Source: Chiloscyllium plagiosum
Taxonomy: Eukaryota
Direction: 5' to 3'
DNA length: 60,847 nucleotides
NCBI RefSeq assembly: GCF_004010195.1
Contig: NC_057755.1
Span: 12,270,966 to 12,331,812 of the forward strand
In this document: piece after piece, positions 51,300-60,847 of the stretch
How positions within the stretch are numbered: the first letter of the stretch is position 1
How the letters are laid out: the number at the start of each line of letters is the position of its first letter
Program-made: the position numbers and the translations under genes
Notes under the pieces: generated by a model
Told to the model about the DNA's origin: nothing
Database searches by the model: none
What the model saw: only the letters and a program-made list of their open reading frames with translations

Positions 51300-52424
51300 G
51301 ACATAGATTTGTTTGCTGAGCTGGAAGGTTCATTTTCAAATGTTTCATCATCATACTAGTTAACATCATCAGTGAGCCTCTGGATGAAGCACTGATGGTA
51401 TGGCCTGCTTTCAACTCAAGTGTTTAGGTTTCCTTGGGTTGGTGACATCATTTTATGTGGTGATGCCATTTCCGTTATTTTTCACAGGGGGTGGTAAAGG
51501 GGATCCAAGTCAATGTTTTTATTAATGGAATTCTCGTGCATGTCTCTGTTTGACTTGTCCTAGGACGGATGTGTTGTCCCAGTTGAATTGGTATCCTTTC
51601 TCATCTGTATGTAAAGAGGGTAGTGAGAATAGATCATGTCTTTTTGTGGCTAGTTGATGTTCATGTATCCTGGTGGCTAGTTTTCTACCTGTTTGTCCAA
51701 TGTACTGTATTTTGCATGGTATTTTGCAAATGACATTAGTTTTGTTTGTTGTCTGTATAGGGTCTTTCAAGTTCATTAGCTGCTATTTAAGTGTGTTGGT
51801 GGGTTTGTCGGCTACCAAGATGCCAAGAGGTCTGAGTTGTCTGCAGTCATTTCCAAGATGTCTTTGATGTAGTGGAGAGTGGCTGGGGTTTTTGGACACG
51901 TTTTGTTGCTTGTTTGGGTTTGTTGCATCTTACACAGACTGCTTCAGTATCTGAGGAGCCGTACTCCTTGATGCCACACTCAGCCTTGATGTCTAGCAGC
52001 ACTCTCCTTCCCTCTGGAATTCTGCTCTTTTGTCCATGTTTTTTTTAATACACTGTCCAGGTGATTTTCCTCTGCGCCACAGTGAGTGGTGGCTCATTGA
52101 AATAATATTCTAAAGGAGCTCTGTTTGTGGGTGTTAGGATGATTGCTTCTGTAGTTCAGTATTTGGTCCGTATGTGTTGTTTTCCTGTAGACGTTCCCTA
52201 TTGGCTGTTTGCTCTACTGCGACATCTAGGAATGGCAGTTTGTTGTTGTTTTCCTCTTTAGTGAATTTTATGCAAGTAAGGGTGTTATTGATGGTCTTGA
52301 AGGTTTCTCTAATTTGTTTTGTTTAGTGATGACAAAGGTGTCATCCATGTAGCGGATCCAAAGCTTGGGTTGGATAGTTGGCAGGACTGTTTGTTTGAGT
52401 CTCTGCATTACTGCCTCTGCTAAG
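51300..52424 (-). mobile_element. Poseidon/Penelope-type PLE remnant (RT C-terminus, GIY-YIG, 3' repeat with decayed HHR)
   Basis: NVICKIPCKIQYIGQTGRKLATRIHEH; minus strand reads ...WIRYMDDTFVI near 52330-52360; CTGATGA...GAAAC at about 51340-51375. Confidence 0.85.
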
Positions 52425-52551
52425 AGAATTAACATTTTGAGTCTGGTATGACTATTCAGAATGGAAAAAGGCTGGAAAATCAGAGATCAATGACAAAGTG
52501 TGAGTGACTTTCCTCTCAGAAAGGACAGATAAGATCAGCAGGCACCCACAG

Positions 52552-52950
52552 TGTGTTGGTGAGTTTGTGGGCTACCATGATGCCAAGAGGTCTGAGTCGT
52601 CTGACAGTCATTTCCGAGATGTCTTTGATGTAGGGGATAGTGGCTGGGGCTTTTGGATGTGTTTTGTTGCTTGTTTGGGTTTGTTGCTGAGAAATCGGTG
52701 AACTGTGTTCATTGGGTACCCGTTCTTTTGGAATACACTGTATAGATGATTTTCCTCTGCTCTTCATAGTTCCTCTGTGCTGCAGTGTGTGGCGGCTCAT
52801 TGAAGTAATGTTCTAATGCAACTTCGTTTGTGGGTGTTGGGATATTGCTTCCGTAGTTCAGTATTTGGTCCATATCTGTTGTTTTCCTGTAGACGCTGGT
52901 TTGACATTCCCCATTGGCTGTTTGCACTACTGCAACATCTAGGAATAGCA
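52552..52950 (-). mobile_element. Internal Poseidon-type PLE fragment
   Basis: LFLDVAV...TSVYRKTTDMDQILNY and TIPYIKDISEMTVRRLRPLGIMVAHK; similar to 51791-52235. Confidence 0.8.
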
Positions 52951-53039
52951 CAATGACGAAAGTGTGAGGGATTTCGTCTCAGGAAGGACAGATAAGGTCA
53001 GCAGGTACCCACAGGGAGGATGATCACACTGGCTTATAT

Positions 53040-54320
53040 GTAGAGCATAGAACATTACAGCACAGTACAGGCCTTTGGCCCACGATGTTGTACCAACCAG
53101 TGAAATTAATCTGATGCCCATCTAACCTACACCATTCCATTATTATCCATATGTATGTCCAATGCCTACTTAAATGCCCTTAACAACGGGGAGTCTACTA
53201 CTGTTGCAGGAAGTGTGTTCCATGCCCCTACTACTCTCTGAGTAAAGAAACTATCCCTAATATCTGTCCCATGTCTATCATCCCTCAATTTAGAGCTGTG
53301 TCTCCTCGTGTTAGCTTCACCATCCGAGGAAAAAGACTCTCACTGTCCACTCTATCTAACCCTCTGATTATCCTACATGTCTTGATTAAGTCACCTCTCA
53401 ACCTTTTTCTCTCTAACGAAAAGAGCCTCAGTTCCCTCAGCCTCTCTTCGTAAGACCTTCCCTCCATACCAGGCAACATCCTTGTAAATCTCCTCTGAAC
53501 CCTTTCCAAGACTTCCAGATCTTTCCTATAATGTGGTGACCAGAACTGTACACAATACTTCAGGTGAGGCCTTACCAGTGTCTTGTACAGCTGAAGCATG
53601 ACCTTGTGGCTCCAAAACTCAATCCCCCTATCAATAAGCACCAGCACACCATATGCTTTCTTAACAACTCTATTAATCTGGGTGGCAACTTTCAGGGATT
53701 TATGCACCTGGATACCAAGATCTTTCTGTTCATCGAAACTGCCAAGAATTTTACCATTAGCCCAGTACTCTGCATATGATAGCACTGGAGAGAAATTCAG
53801 AGGAGATTTACCAGAATGTTATCAGGCCTGGATAGTTTGTCATGAGGATGAAGTTGTTTCTCTTGGAGCAGAGGAGACCGAAGGGATCATGTTTGAGATG
53901 TATAAAATAGTGAGGAGTAGACAAAGGGAAACGTTGCTCCCTGGTAGAAGGATCAATGACTGGGGGTATAGATTTAGGGAGGTTTAGATGGGATGTGAGA
54001 ACATAGAACATAGAACAATACAGCACAGAACAGGCCCTTCGGCCCACGATGTTGTGCCGAACATTTGTCCTAGCTTAAGCACCCATCCATGTACCTCTCC
54101 AATTGCCGCTTAAAGGTCACCAATGATTTTGACTCTGCCACTCCCACAGGCAGCGCGTTCCATGCCCCCACCACTCTCTGGGTAAAGAACCCACCCCTGA
54201 CATCTCCCCTATACCTTCCACCCTTCACCTTAAATTTATGTCCCCTTGTAACACTCTGTTGTACCCATGGAAAAAAAGTTTCTGACTGTCTACTCTATCT
54301 ATTCCTCTGATCATCTTAAA
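53040..54320 (-). mobile_element. Cluster of CR1 3' fragments (53040-53775 minus, 53785-54000 plus, 54000-54320 minus)
   Basis: RPHLKYCVQFWSPHYRKD...; (agaacat)n tails. Confidence 0.88.
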
Positions 54321-54924
54321 AACCNNNNNNNNNNNNNNNNNNNNNNNNNNNNNNNNNNNNNNNNNNNNNNNNNNNNNNNNNNNNNNNNNNNNNNNNNNNN
54401 NNNNNNNNNNNNNNNNNNNNNNNNNNNNNNNNNNNNNNNNNNNNNNNNNNNNNNNNNNNNNNNNNNNNNNNNNNNNNNNNNNNNNNNNNNNNNNNNNNNN
54501 NNNNNNNNNNNNNNNNNNNNNNNNNNNNNNNNNNNNNNNNNNNNNNNNNNNNNNNNNNNNNNNNNNNNNNNNNNNNNNNNNNNNNNNNNNNNNNNNNNNN
54601 NNNNNNNNNNNNNNNNNNNNNNNNNNNNNNNNNNNNNNNNNNNNNNNNNNNNNNNNNNNNNNNNNNNNNNNNNNNNNNNNNNNNNNNNNNNNNNNNNNNN
54701 NNNNNNNNNNNNNNNNNNNNNNNNNNNNNNNNNNNNNNNNNNNNNNNNNNNNNNNNNNNNNNNNNNNNNNNNNNNNNNNNNNNNNNNNNNNNNNNNNNNN
54801 NNNNNNNNNNNNNNNNNNNNNNNNNNNNNNNNNNNNNNNNNNNNNNNNNNNNNNNNNNNNNNNNNNNNNNNNNNNNNNNNNNNNNNNNNNNNNNNNNNNN
54901 NNNNNNNNNNNNNNNNNNNNNNNN

Positions 54925-55310
54925 TAGCCCTACACACGGATGAAAGAAACCATCAATTTGACTGGGACAACGCATCTATCCTGGGACAGGCTAAGCAAAG
55001 TCATGCCAGAGAATTCCTAGAGGCCTGGCACTCCAACCACAACACCATAAACAAACACATAGATCTAGATACCATCTATCAACCCCTCAGAAAACGAACA
55101 GGAAATGACATCAACACAAACCCCAGGAACCCCATCCAGGAGAAAGATATAAATAGAAAGCAGGAGACAACAGCTTCGCTTCACTTGGAGGTCGCCACTG
55201 ATGATGTTACCTAGCCAGGTAATGAAACGTCTGGATATCAAACCTACAGCTCAGCGAGCAAACCTACACTCTAAACCTCAACCTGAACTACAAACCTTCA
55301 CAAACCTTGC
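54925..55310 (+). mobile_element. Poseidon-type PLE 3' end (GIY-YIG C-terminus + HHR repeat)
   Basis: HTDERNHQFDWDNASILGQAKQSHAREFLEAWHS..INKHIDL followed by the HHR. Confidence 0.85.
55195..55234 (+). ncRNA. Minimal hammerhead ribozyme motif in the 3' repeat of a Poseidon/Penelope-type element
   Basis: CCA-CTGATGA-T-GTTACCT(agcc)AGGTAAT-GAA-ACGT-C-TGG: 3-bp stem I, 7-bp stem II, GUC site. Confidence 0.82.
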
Positions 55311-55810
55311 ATCCTTGTAAATCTTTTCTGAACCCCTTCAAGTTTCACAACACCTTTCCGATAGGAAGGAGACCAGAATTGCACGAAATATTCCAACATG
55401 GCCTAACCAAAGTCCTGTGCAGCCGCAACATGACCTCCCAACTCCTGTACTCAATACTCTGACCAATAAAGGAAAGCATACCAAATGCCTCCTTCACTAT
55501 CCTATCTCCCTGCGACTCCACTTTCAAGGAGCTATGCACCTGCTCTCCAAGGTCTCTTTGGACACTCCCTAGGACCTTACCATTAAATGTATAAGTCCTG
55601 CTAAGATTTGCTTTCCCAAAATGCAGCATCTCGCATTTATCTGAATTAAACTCCATCTGCCACTTCTCAGCCCATTGGCGCATCTAGTCCAGATCCTGTT
55701 GTAATCTGAGGTAACTCTCTTCGCTGTCCACTACACCTCCAATTTTGGTGTCATCTACAAACTTACTAACTGTACCTCTTATGCTCGCATCCAAATCATT
55801 TATGTAAATG
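55311..55810 (-). mobile_element. CR1 RT fragment
   Basis: WAEKWQMEFNSDKCEMLHFG. Confidence 0.88.
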
Positions 55811-55954
55811 GCATGGTCAGTAGGAGTTTGTATTTTGTTCACTGGACTGTGGGCATCACAGGCTGGGCCAATATTTATTCCCCATCTCTAATTGCTGCTT
55901 GAACTGATTTGGCTTCTTGGGTCATTTCAGAGGGCAGTTAAGAATCAATCACAT

Positions 55955-56510
55955 TAGGTTAGATTAGATTCCCTACAGTGTGGAAACAGGCCCTTCGGCC
56001 CAAACAGTCCACACCGATCCTCCGAAGAGTAACCCACCCAGACCCATTTCCCATTGACTGATGCACCTAACACTACGGACAATTTAGCATGGCCAATTCA
56101 CCTAACCTGCAAATCTTTAAATTGTTGGAGGAAACCGGAACACCCGGAGGAAACCCACGCAGACACGGGGAGAATGTGCAAACTTCACACAGACAGTCAC
56201 CCGAGGCTGGAATCGAACCCGGGACCCTGATGCTGTGAGGTAGCAGTGCTAACCACTGAGCCACCGTGCCACCCCAAATCGTCAAATCTCCTAAAGCATC
56301 CCACCCAGACCCACACACATTCCGCCCTATCTCTATTACCCTGCATTTTCCATGGCTAATCCATCTCATCTGCATATCCTGAGAAACCAGGGGACAATTT
56401 AGCATGGCCAATCCACCTAGTGTTCACATCTTTGAACTATGGGAGGAAACCGGAGCACCTGGAGGAGATCCATGCAGACACAGGGCAAATATGCAAACAT
56501 CGCATAGACT
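55955..56510 (-). mobile_element. Two adjacent HE1-like SINEs (55955-56272 near full length; 56290-56510 partial)
   Basis: Same consensus on the minus strand. Confidence 0.82.
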
Positions 56511-57180
56511 GCTGTGGATCTGGAGTCACATGAGGACCAAACAGGGATGGCAGATTTCCTTCTCTAAAGTGCATTAGTGCAGCAGATGGGCTTTCACAGG
56601 TATACATGGTTATCATTAGATTAATTTGTTTTTAAAGTTTCAGGTCTTTACTGAGTTCAAATTTCACCACCTGCCGTGGTGCAATATGAAGCCCCGGAAC
56701 ATTAGTTTCAGACTCTGGATTACTGCTAATACAATGCCACCATGCTCCTGTGTTGGAATGCGCTAAAGTAATGACAAGAGGTTTATTTAGCATCACACAG
56801 GTCAAGGACTTCAAAAATAACTGGGTCCACATATTTATTCTCTTAAGCAGAGGACCAACAGAACTGCAAACAGTTTAATGAGAAGTAAAAACAGAAATTG
56901 CTGGAGAAACTCAGTAGCTCTGGCAGCGTCTGTGGACAGATAGCAGATTTAATGTTTCAAGCCCAGTGACAACTGTTCAGAACTGATATAGCTAGGAGAA
57001 TGTGGTATATATGCTGAATACTGGGATGGGGGAGAAAGGAATAAATGGATGGGTGAAGACAGAGCATAGAGAGAGAGCACTGGAACAGGGCATTCGCCCC
57101 TCCATGTCACATGCTCCATATCCCTCTATTATTTGCCTGTTCATGTGTCTGTCCTTGATGCCTCTTAAACGTTATCATAT

Positions 57181-58065
57181 CTTCAAAGTTTGTGAGAAGA
57201 TTTGTAGCTCGGGTGCTCGTTGTTGTGGTTCTATTCGCCGAGCTGGGAATTTGTGTTTCGTCCCCTGTCTAGGTGACATCCTCAGTGCTTGGGAGCCTCC
57301 TGTGAAGCGCTTCTGTGATGTTTCCTCCGGCATTTATAGTGGTCTGTCCCTGCCGCTTCCGGTTGTCAGTTNNNNNNNNNNNNNNNNNNNNNNNNNNNNN
57401 NNNNNNNNNNNNNNNNNNNNNNNNNNNNNNNNNNNNNNNNNNNNNNNNNNNNNNNNNNNNNNNNNNNNNNNNNNNNNNNNNNNNNNNNNNNNNNNNNNNN
57501 NNNNNNNNNNNNNNNNNNNNNNNNNNNNNNNNNNNNNNNNNNNNNNNNNNNNNNNNNNNNNNNNNNNNNNNNNNNNNNNNNNNNNNNNNNNNNNNNNNNN
57601 NNNNNNGTTTTTGGCGAATACATTGTATAGGTGTTCCTCTTCCTCTTTTTGCAGTTCTGGTGTACTGCAGTGTGTTGTGGCCCTTTTGAACAGTGTCTTG
57701 ATGCAACTTCTTTTGTGTGTGTTGGGGTGGTTGCTTTCGTAGTTCAGGACTTGATCTGTGTGTGTGGCTTTCCTGTATACCTTTGTGGTGAGTTCTCCGT
57801 ACCATCATGTCAAGGAATGGGAGTTGGTTGTCCTTTTCTTCCATTCTAGTGAATCGGATTCCTGTGAGTGTGGCGTTGATGATCTGGTGTGTGTTCTCTA
57901 TTTCTGTGTTTTTAATGATTACAAAGGTGTCATCCACATATCTGACCCAGAGTTTGGGTTGAATTTGTGGTAAGGCTGTTTGTTCTAATCTTTGCATTCC
58001 CACTTCTGCTATGAGTCCAGAGATGGGTGAACCCAGGGGTGTGCCGTTGATTTGTTCGTATATTT
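57181..58065 (-). mobile_element. Poseidon-type PLE remnant with RT catalytic motif; spans an N-gap
   Basis: GTPLGSPISGLIAEVGMQRLEQ...PKLWVRYVDDTFVII...LPFLDM. HHR core at 57255-57288 (-) lacks the cleavage triplet. Confidence 0.88.
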
Positions 58066-58067
58066 GG

Positions 58068-58320
58068 TTGTTAGCACTGCTGCCTCACAGTGCCAGAGAC
58101 CCGGGTTCAGTCTGCGTGGGTCCCCTCCGGGTGCTCTGGTCTCCTCCCACAATCACAAAGATGTGCAGGTTAGGTGAATTGGCCATGTTAAATTGCCCGT
58201 AGTGTTAGGTGAAGAGGTAAATGTAGGGGAATGGGTCTGGGTGGGTTACTGTTCGGAGGGTGGTTGTGGATTTGTTGGGCTGAAGGGCCTGTTTCCACAC
58301 TGTAAGTAATCTAATCTAAA
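58068..58320 (+). mobile_element. HE1-like V-SINE with an internal deletion
   Basis: ttagcactgctgcctcacag...gtaatctaatctaa. Confidence 0.82.
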
Positions 58321-58360
58321 ACTCCAAAGAAACATGAGAACTGAGTCTCTGAGGAGAGAG

Positions 58361-58441
58361 CTGAAAATGTGTCGCTGGAAAAGCGCTCCAGCAACACATT
58401 TTCAGCTCTGATCTCCAGCATCTGCAGTCCTCACTTTCTCC
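58361..58441. mobile_element. Miniature fold-back PLE insertion
   Basis: Inverted arms; TSD tctctgaggagagag (58346-58360 / 58442-58456). Confidence 0.85.
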
Positions 58442-58639
58442 TCTCTGAGGAGAGAGTTGGCTCCCTGAGATACCCAATAAATCAGACCAAACTATCAGAT
58501 TTCAGTAATGCAGAAATCCATGTTCTGAAATCCCTTATACTTAGAAACTGCTGACTGCCCACAACTATCAATCGCTCCTCAATTTCCAGTTCCCCATTAC
58601 CAGACTCTTGCCTGATGCTTGTACAATCTCTGACCACTT

Positions 58640-58947
58640 CATCCCTCCCTCCTATTTGAGTAAATTCATTCCCACTGACACCCCACGCCCACTCCCGAGC
58701 CAAAACTTTGCTTCGTTTTGAACAAATGTTATGGTTTGTGCAGTGTGTCCCTTTGTTGATGCTGAGAGTTCTCACTGATGACTGCAGAGGGCAGAACTAG
58801 GCTTAGAGCTCAATGAAGCAAGTTTAATGGGACTGTATATCTTGGTATCTCAGAAACTCCTGTGAAATTGATTGAATTAAGTTGACTGACGTTCTGAAAA
58901 CATTTCTTTTCCCCCTCAGAACTGAAGAGGCCGAAACACTTTGCAAA
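58640..58947 (+). promoter_or_regulatory. Non-repetitive region upstream of the HKDC1 ATG: possible proximal promoter and/or 3' splice site
   Basis: CCACGCCC (SP/KLF-type box) at 58683-58690; ctgac + pyrimidine tract + cag ending at 58919. Confidence 0.35.
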
Positions 58948-59010
58948 ATGTTTGCAGTACACCTTTTGGCTTTTTATTTGTCGAAAATACGTGATGATCA
59001 GGCGATAAAG
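58948..59010 (+). CDS. HKDC1: HKDC1 (hexokinase domain-containing 1) first coding exon
   Basis: aaaATG ... aag|gtaagg; 63 nt, MFAVHLLAFYLSKIRDDQAIK vs recalled human HKDC1 N-terminus MFAVHLMAFYFSKLKEDQIKK. HKDC1 follows SUPV3L1 on the same strand in human. Confidence 0.88.
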
Positions 59011-59201
59011 GTAAGGGAGATATGAAGAGGTCAGGTGGTTTTATTTGCTCTAAAAGATGTAGGTGACACGGGAAAGAGTTATTTATTGCTGAATTACCCT
59101 AAGATGTTGGAGGTGCTGAGTGTGAGTAGATTCCAAGCCCACTTGATGAGATTATAACCAGGACACAAATACCTTTTTACTTTGAAGAGGGAGTTCTTAA
59201 A

Positions 59202-59755
59202 CACTGCTGCTTCACAGCACCAAGGACCTGGGTTCAATTCCACCCTCAGCTGACTGTGGAATTTGCACATTCTCTCCCGTTTTGGTGTGGGTTTCCTCCG
59301 GGAGTTCTGGTTTCCTCCCAAAGTCCAAAGAGGGGTAGATTAGTAGGACGACCATGCTAAATTGACCATACTAGACAAGCAGGAGGCTGGAAGAACACAG
59401 CGAGCCAGGCAGCATCAGGAGGTGAAGTCAATGGATTGGGTGTAATTCTTCTTCAGGGCCTGAAGAAGGGTTCATTCGAAACGTTGACTTCTCCACTTCC
59501 TGATGCTGCTTGGCTTGCTGTGTTCTTCCAGCCTCCTGCTTGATGACCTTGGATTCCGACATCTGAAGTTTTTTTTGTCTGTGAAATTGCCCATAGTGTC
59601 CATGGATGTGCAGTCTAGGTGGATTGGCCATAGATAATGCAGGATTACGGGGATAGACTGGGGAGGTGGGTCTGGGTGGAATGCTCTTCAGAGGGTCAGT
59701 GTGGATTCAACAGACCTAATGGCCTGCTTCTACATTGGAAGGATTCTATGATTCA
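59202..59755 (+). mobile_element. HE1-like SINE interrupted by a PLE palindrome
   Basis: Head at 59202, resumes after 59584. Confidence 0.78.
59371..59583. mobile_element. Fold-back PLE insertion (related subfamily) inside a SINE, in HKDC1 intron 1
   Basis: Pivot cttcttcagg-g-cctgaagaag; TSD aaattg(a/c)ccata (59359-59370 / 59584-59595). Confidence 0.8.
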
Positions 59756-59804
59756 AAGCAATCGATATTACTACTTATTTCTCTTACATAAAGACTTTCA
59801 AGAT

Positions 59805-59985
59805 TGATTTGGAGGTGCCGGTGTTGGACTGGGGTGTACAAAGTTAGAAATCACACAACACAACATTATAGTCCAACAGGTTTATTTGGAAGCACTAGCT
59901 TTCGGAGCACTGCTTCTTTTTCAGGTGGTTGTGGATTATAAGATTGTAAGACACAGAACTTATAGCAAAAGTTTACCGTGTGATG
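59805..59985 (-). mobile_element. Family B terminal repeat, single arm, decayed HHR
   Basis: ggaggtgccggtgttggactggggtgtac...agcactagctttcggagc...tcaggtg, similar to 47941-48060. Confidence 0.8.
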
Positions 59986-60132
59986 CTTTTGCACTGTGAT
60001 TAACCACATCTTAAAGAACAGAAAAAAAATCTGTTAAATCCAAAATCTTGTGGCAATCTTTACAGAACTAATCAAAATAATATGTCCTTATGTTTCCTTG
60101 ATGATGCACGTTACTCCACAACTAGCCATTAA

Positions 60133-60847
60133 TAGAACATAGAACATAGAACAATACAGCATAGAACAGGCCCTTCGGCACACGATGTTGTGCCGAACAT
60201 TTGTCCGAACTTAAGCACCTATCCATGTACCTACCCAATTGCCGCTTAAAGGTCACCAATGATTCTGACTCTGCCACTCCCACAGGCAGCGCATTCCATG
60301 CCCCCACCACTCTCTGGGTAAAGAACCCACCCCTGACATCTCCCCTATACCTTCCACCCTTCACCTTAAATTTATGTCCCCTTGTAACACTCTGTTGCAC
60401 CCGGGGAAAAAGTTTCTGACTGTCTACTCTACCTATTCCTCTGATCATCTTATAAACCTCGATCAAGTCACCCCTCATCCTTCGCCGTTCCAACGAGAAA
60501 AGGCCGAGAACTCTCAACCTATCCTCGTACGACTTCCACTCCATTCCAGGCAACATCCTGGTAAATCTCCTCTGCACCCTCTCCAAAGCTTCCACATCCT
60601 TCCTAAAGTGAGGCGACCAGAACTGCACACAGTAATCCAACTGTGGCCTAACCAAAGTCCTGTACAGCTGCAACATCACTTCACGACTCTTGAATTCAAT
60701 CCATCTGCTAATGAACGCTAATACACCATAGGCCTTCTGACAAGCTCTATCCACCTGAGTGCCAACTTTCAAAGATCTATGAACATAGACCCCAAGATCC
60801 CTCTGCTCCTCACCTTACTAAGAACCCCACCGTTAACCCTGTATTCC
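60133..60847 (-). mobile_element. Young CR1 3' end (runs off the window)
   Basis: Uninterrupted 216-aa RT C-terminal ORF; (agaacat)n tail; very similar to 54000-54320. Confidence 0.93.

Noticed and set aside
58891..58940. CTGAAGA-GGCC-GAAAC minizyme-like motif in the HKDC1 5' region, with ttctga/tcagaa pairing upstream
   Set aside because: No NUH triplet in register with stem I, stem III at most 2 bp, and it straddles a putative splice acceptor. Probably chance unless shown to be conserved.

Overview
Vertebrate genomic DNA, almost certainly from a shark or ray, judging by HE1-type V-SINEs and abundant CR1 LINEs (inference). There are three N-gaps. Genes, both on the + strand: (1) coding exons 4-15 of SUPV3L1 (SUV3 RNA helicase), 1321-34099. 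All introns are GT-AG, the phases are consistent, and a poly(A) signal lies at 34147. (2) The first coding exon of HKDC1 (58948-59010, MFAVHLLAFYLSKIRDDQAIK), which the ORF track misses and which fits the SUPV3L1-HKDC1 gene order known in human. Most of the rest is transposon debris: CR1 and related LINEs, V-SINEs, a pogo/Tigger-like MITE, and a decayed Gmr1-type Gypsy element with integrase upstream of RT. The most striking structure is a dense set of Penelope-like element (PLE) insertions from at least three families. Their terminal repeats carry minimal hammerhead-ribozyme (HHR) cores (CUGAnGA-stem II-GAA-ACGU/AGCU-H). Many are short TSD-flanked fold-back palindromes. Their inversion points often fall inside the ribozyme, and one arm carries an extra ~31-36 nt tail. 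Two palindromes carry an HHR on each strand. One 14-bp-TSD-bounded insertion (37410-39838) encloses about 1.9 kb of unrelated genomic DNA between HHR-bearing repeats. The PLE-HHR link is known; the fold-back geometry and the cargo are what deserve follow-up. All coordinates were read by eye, and repeat boundaries are approximate.
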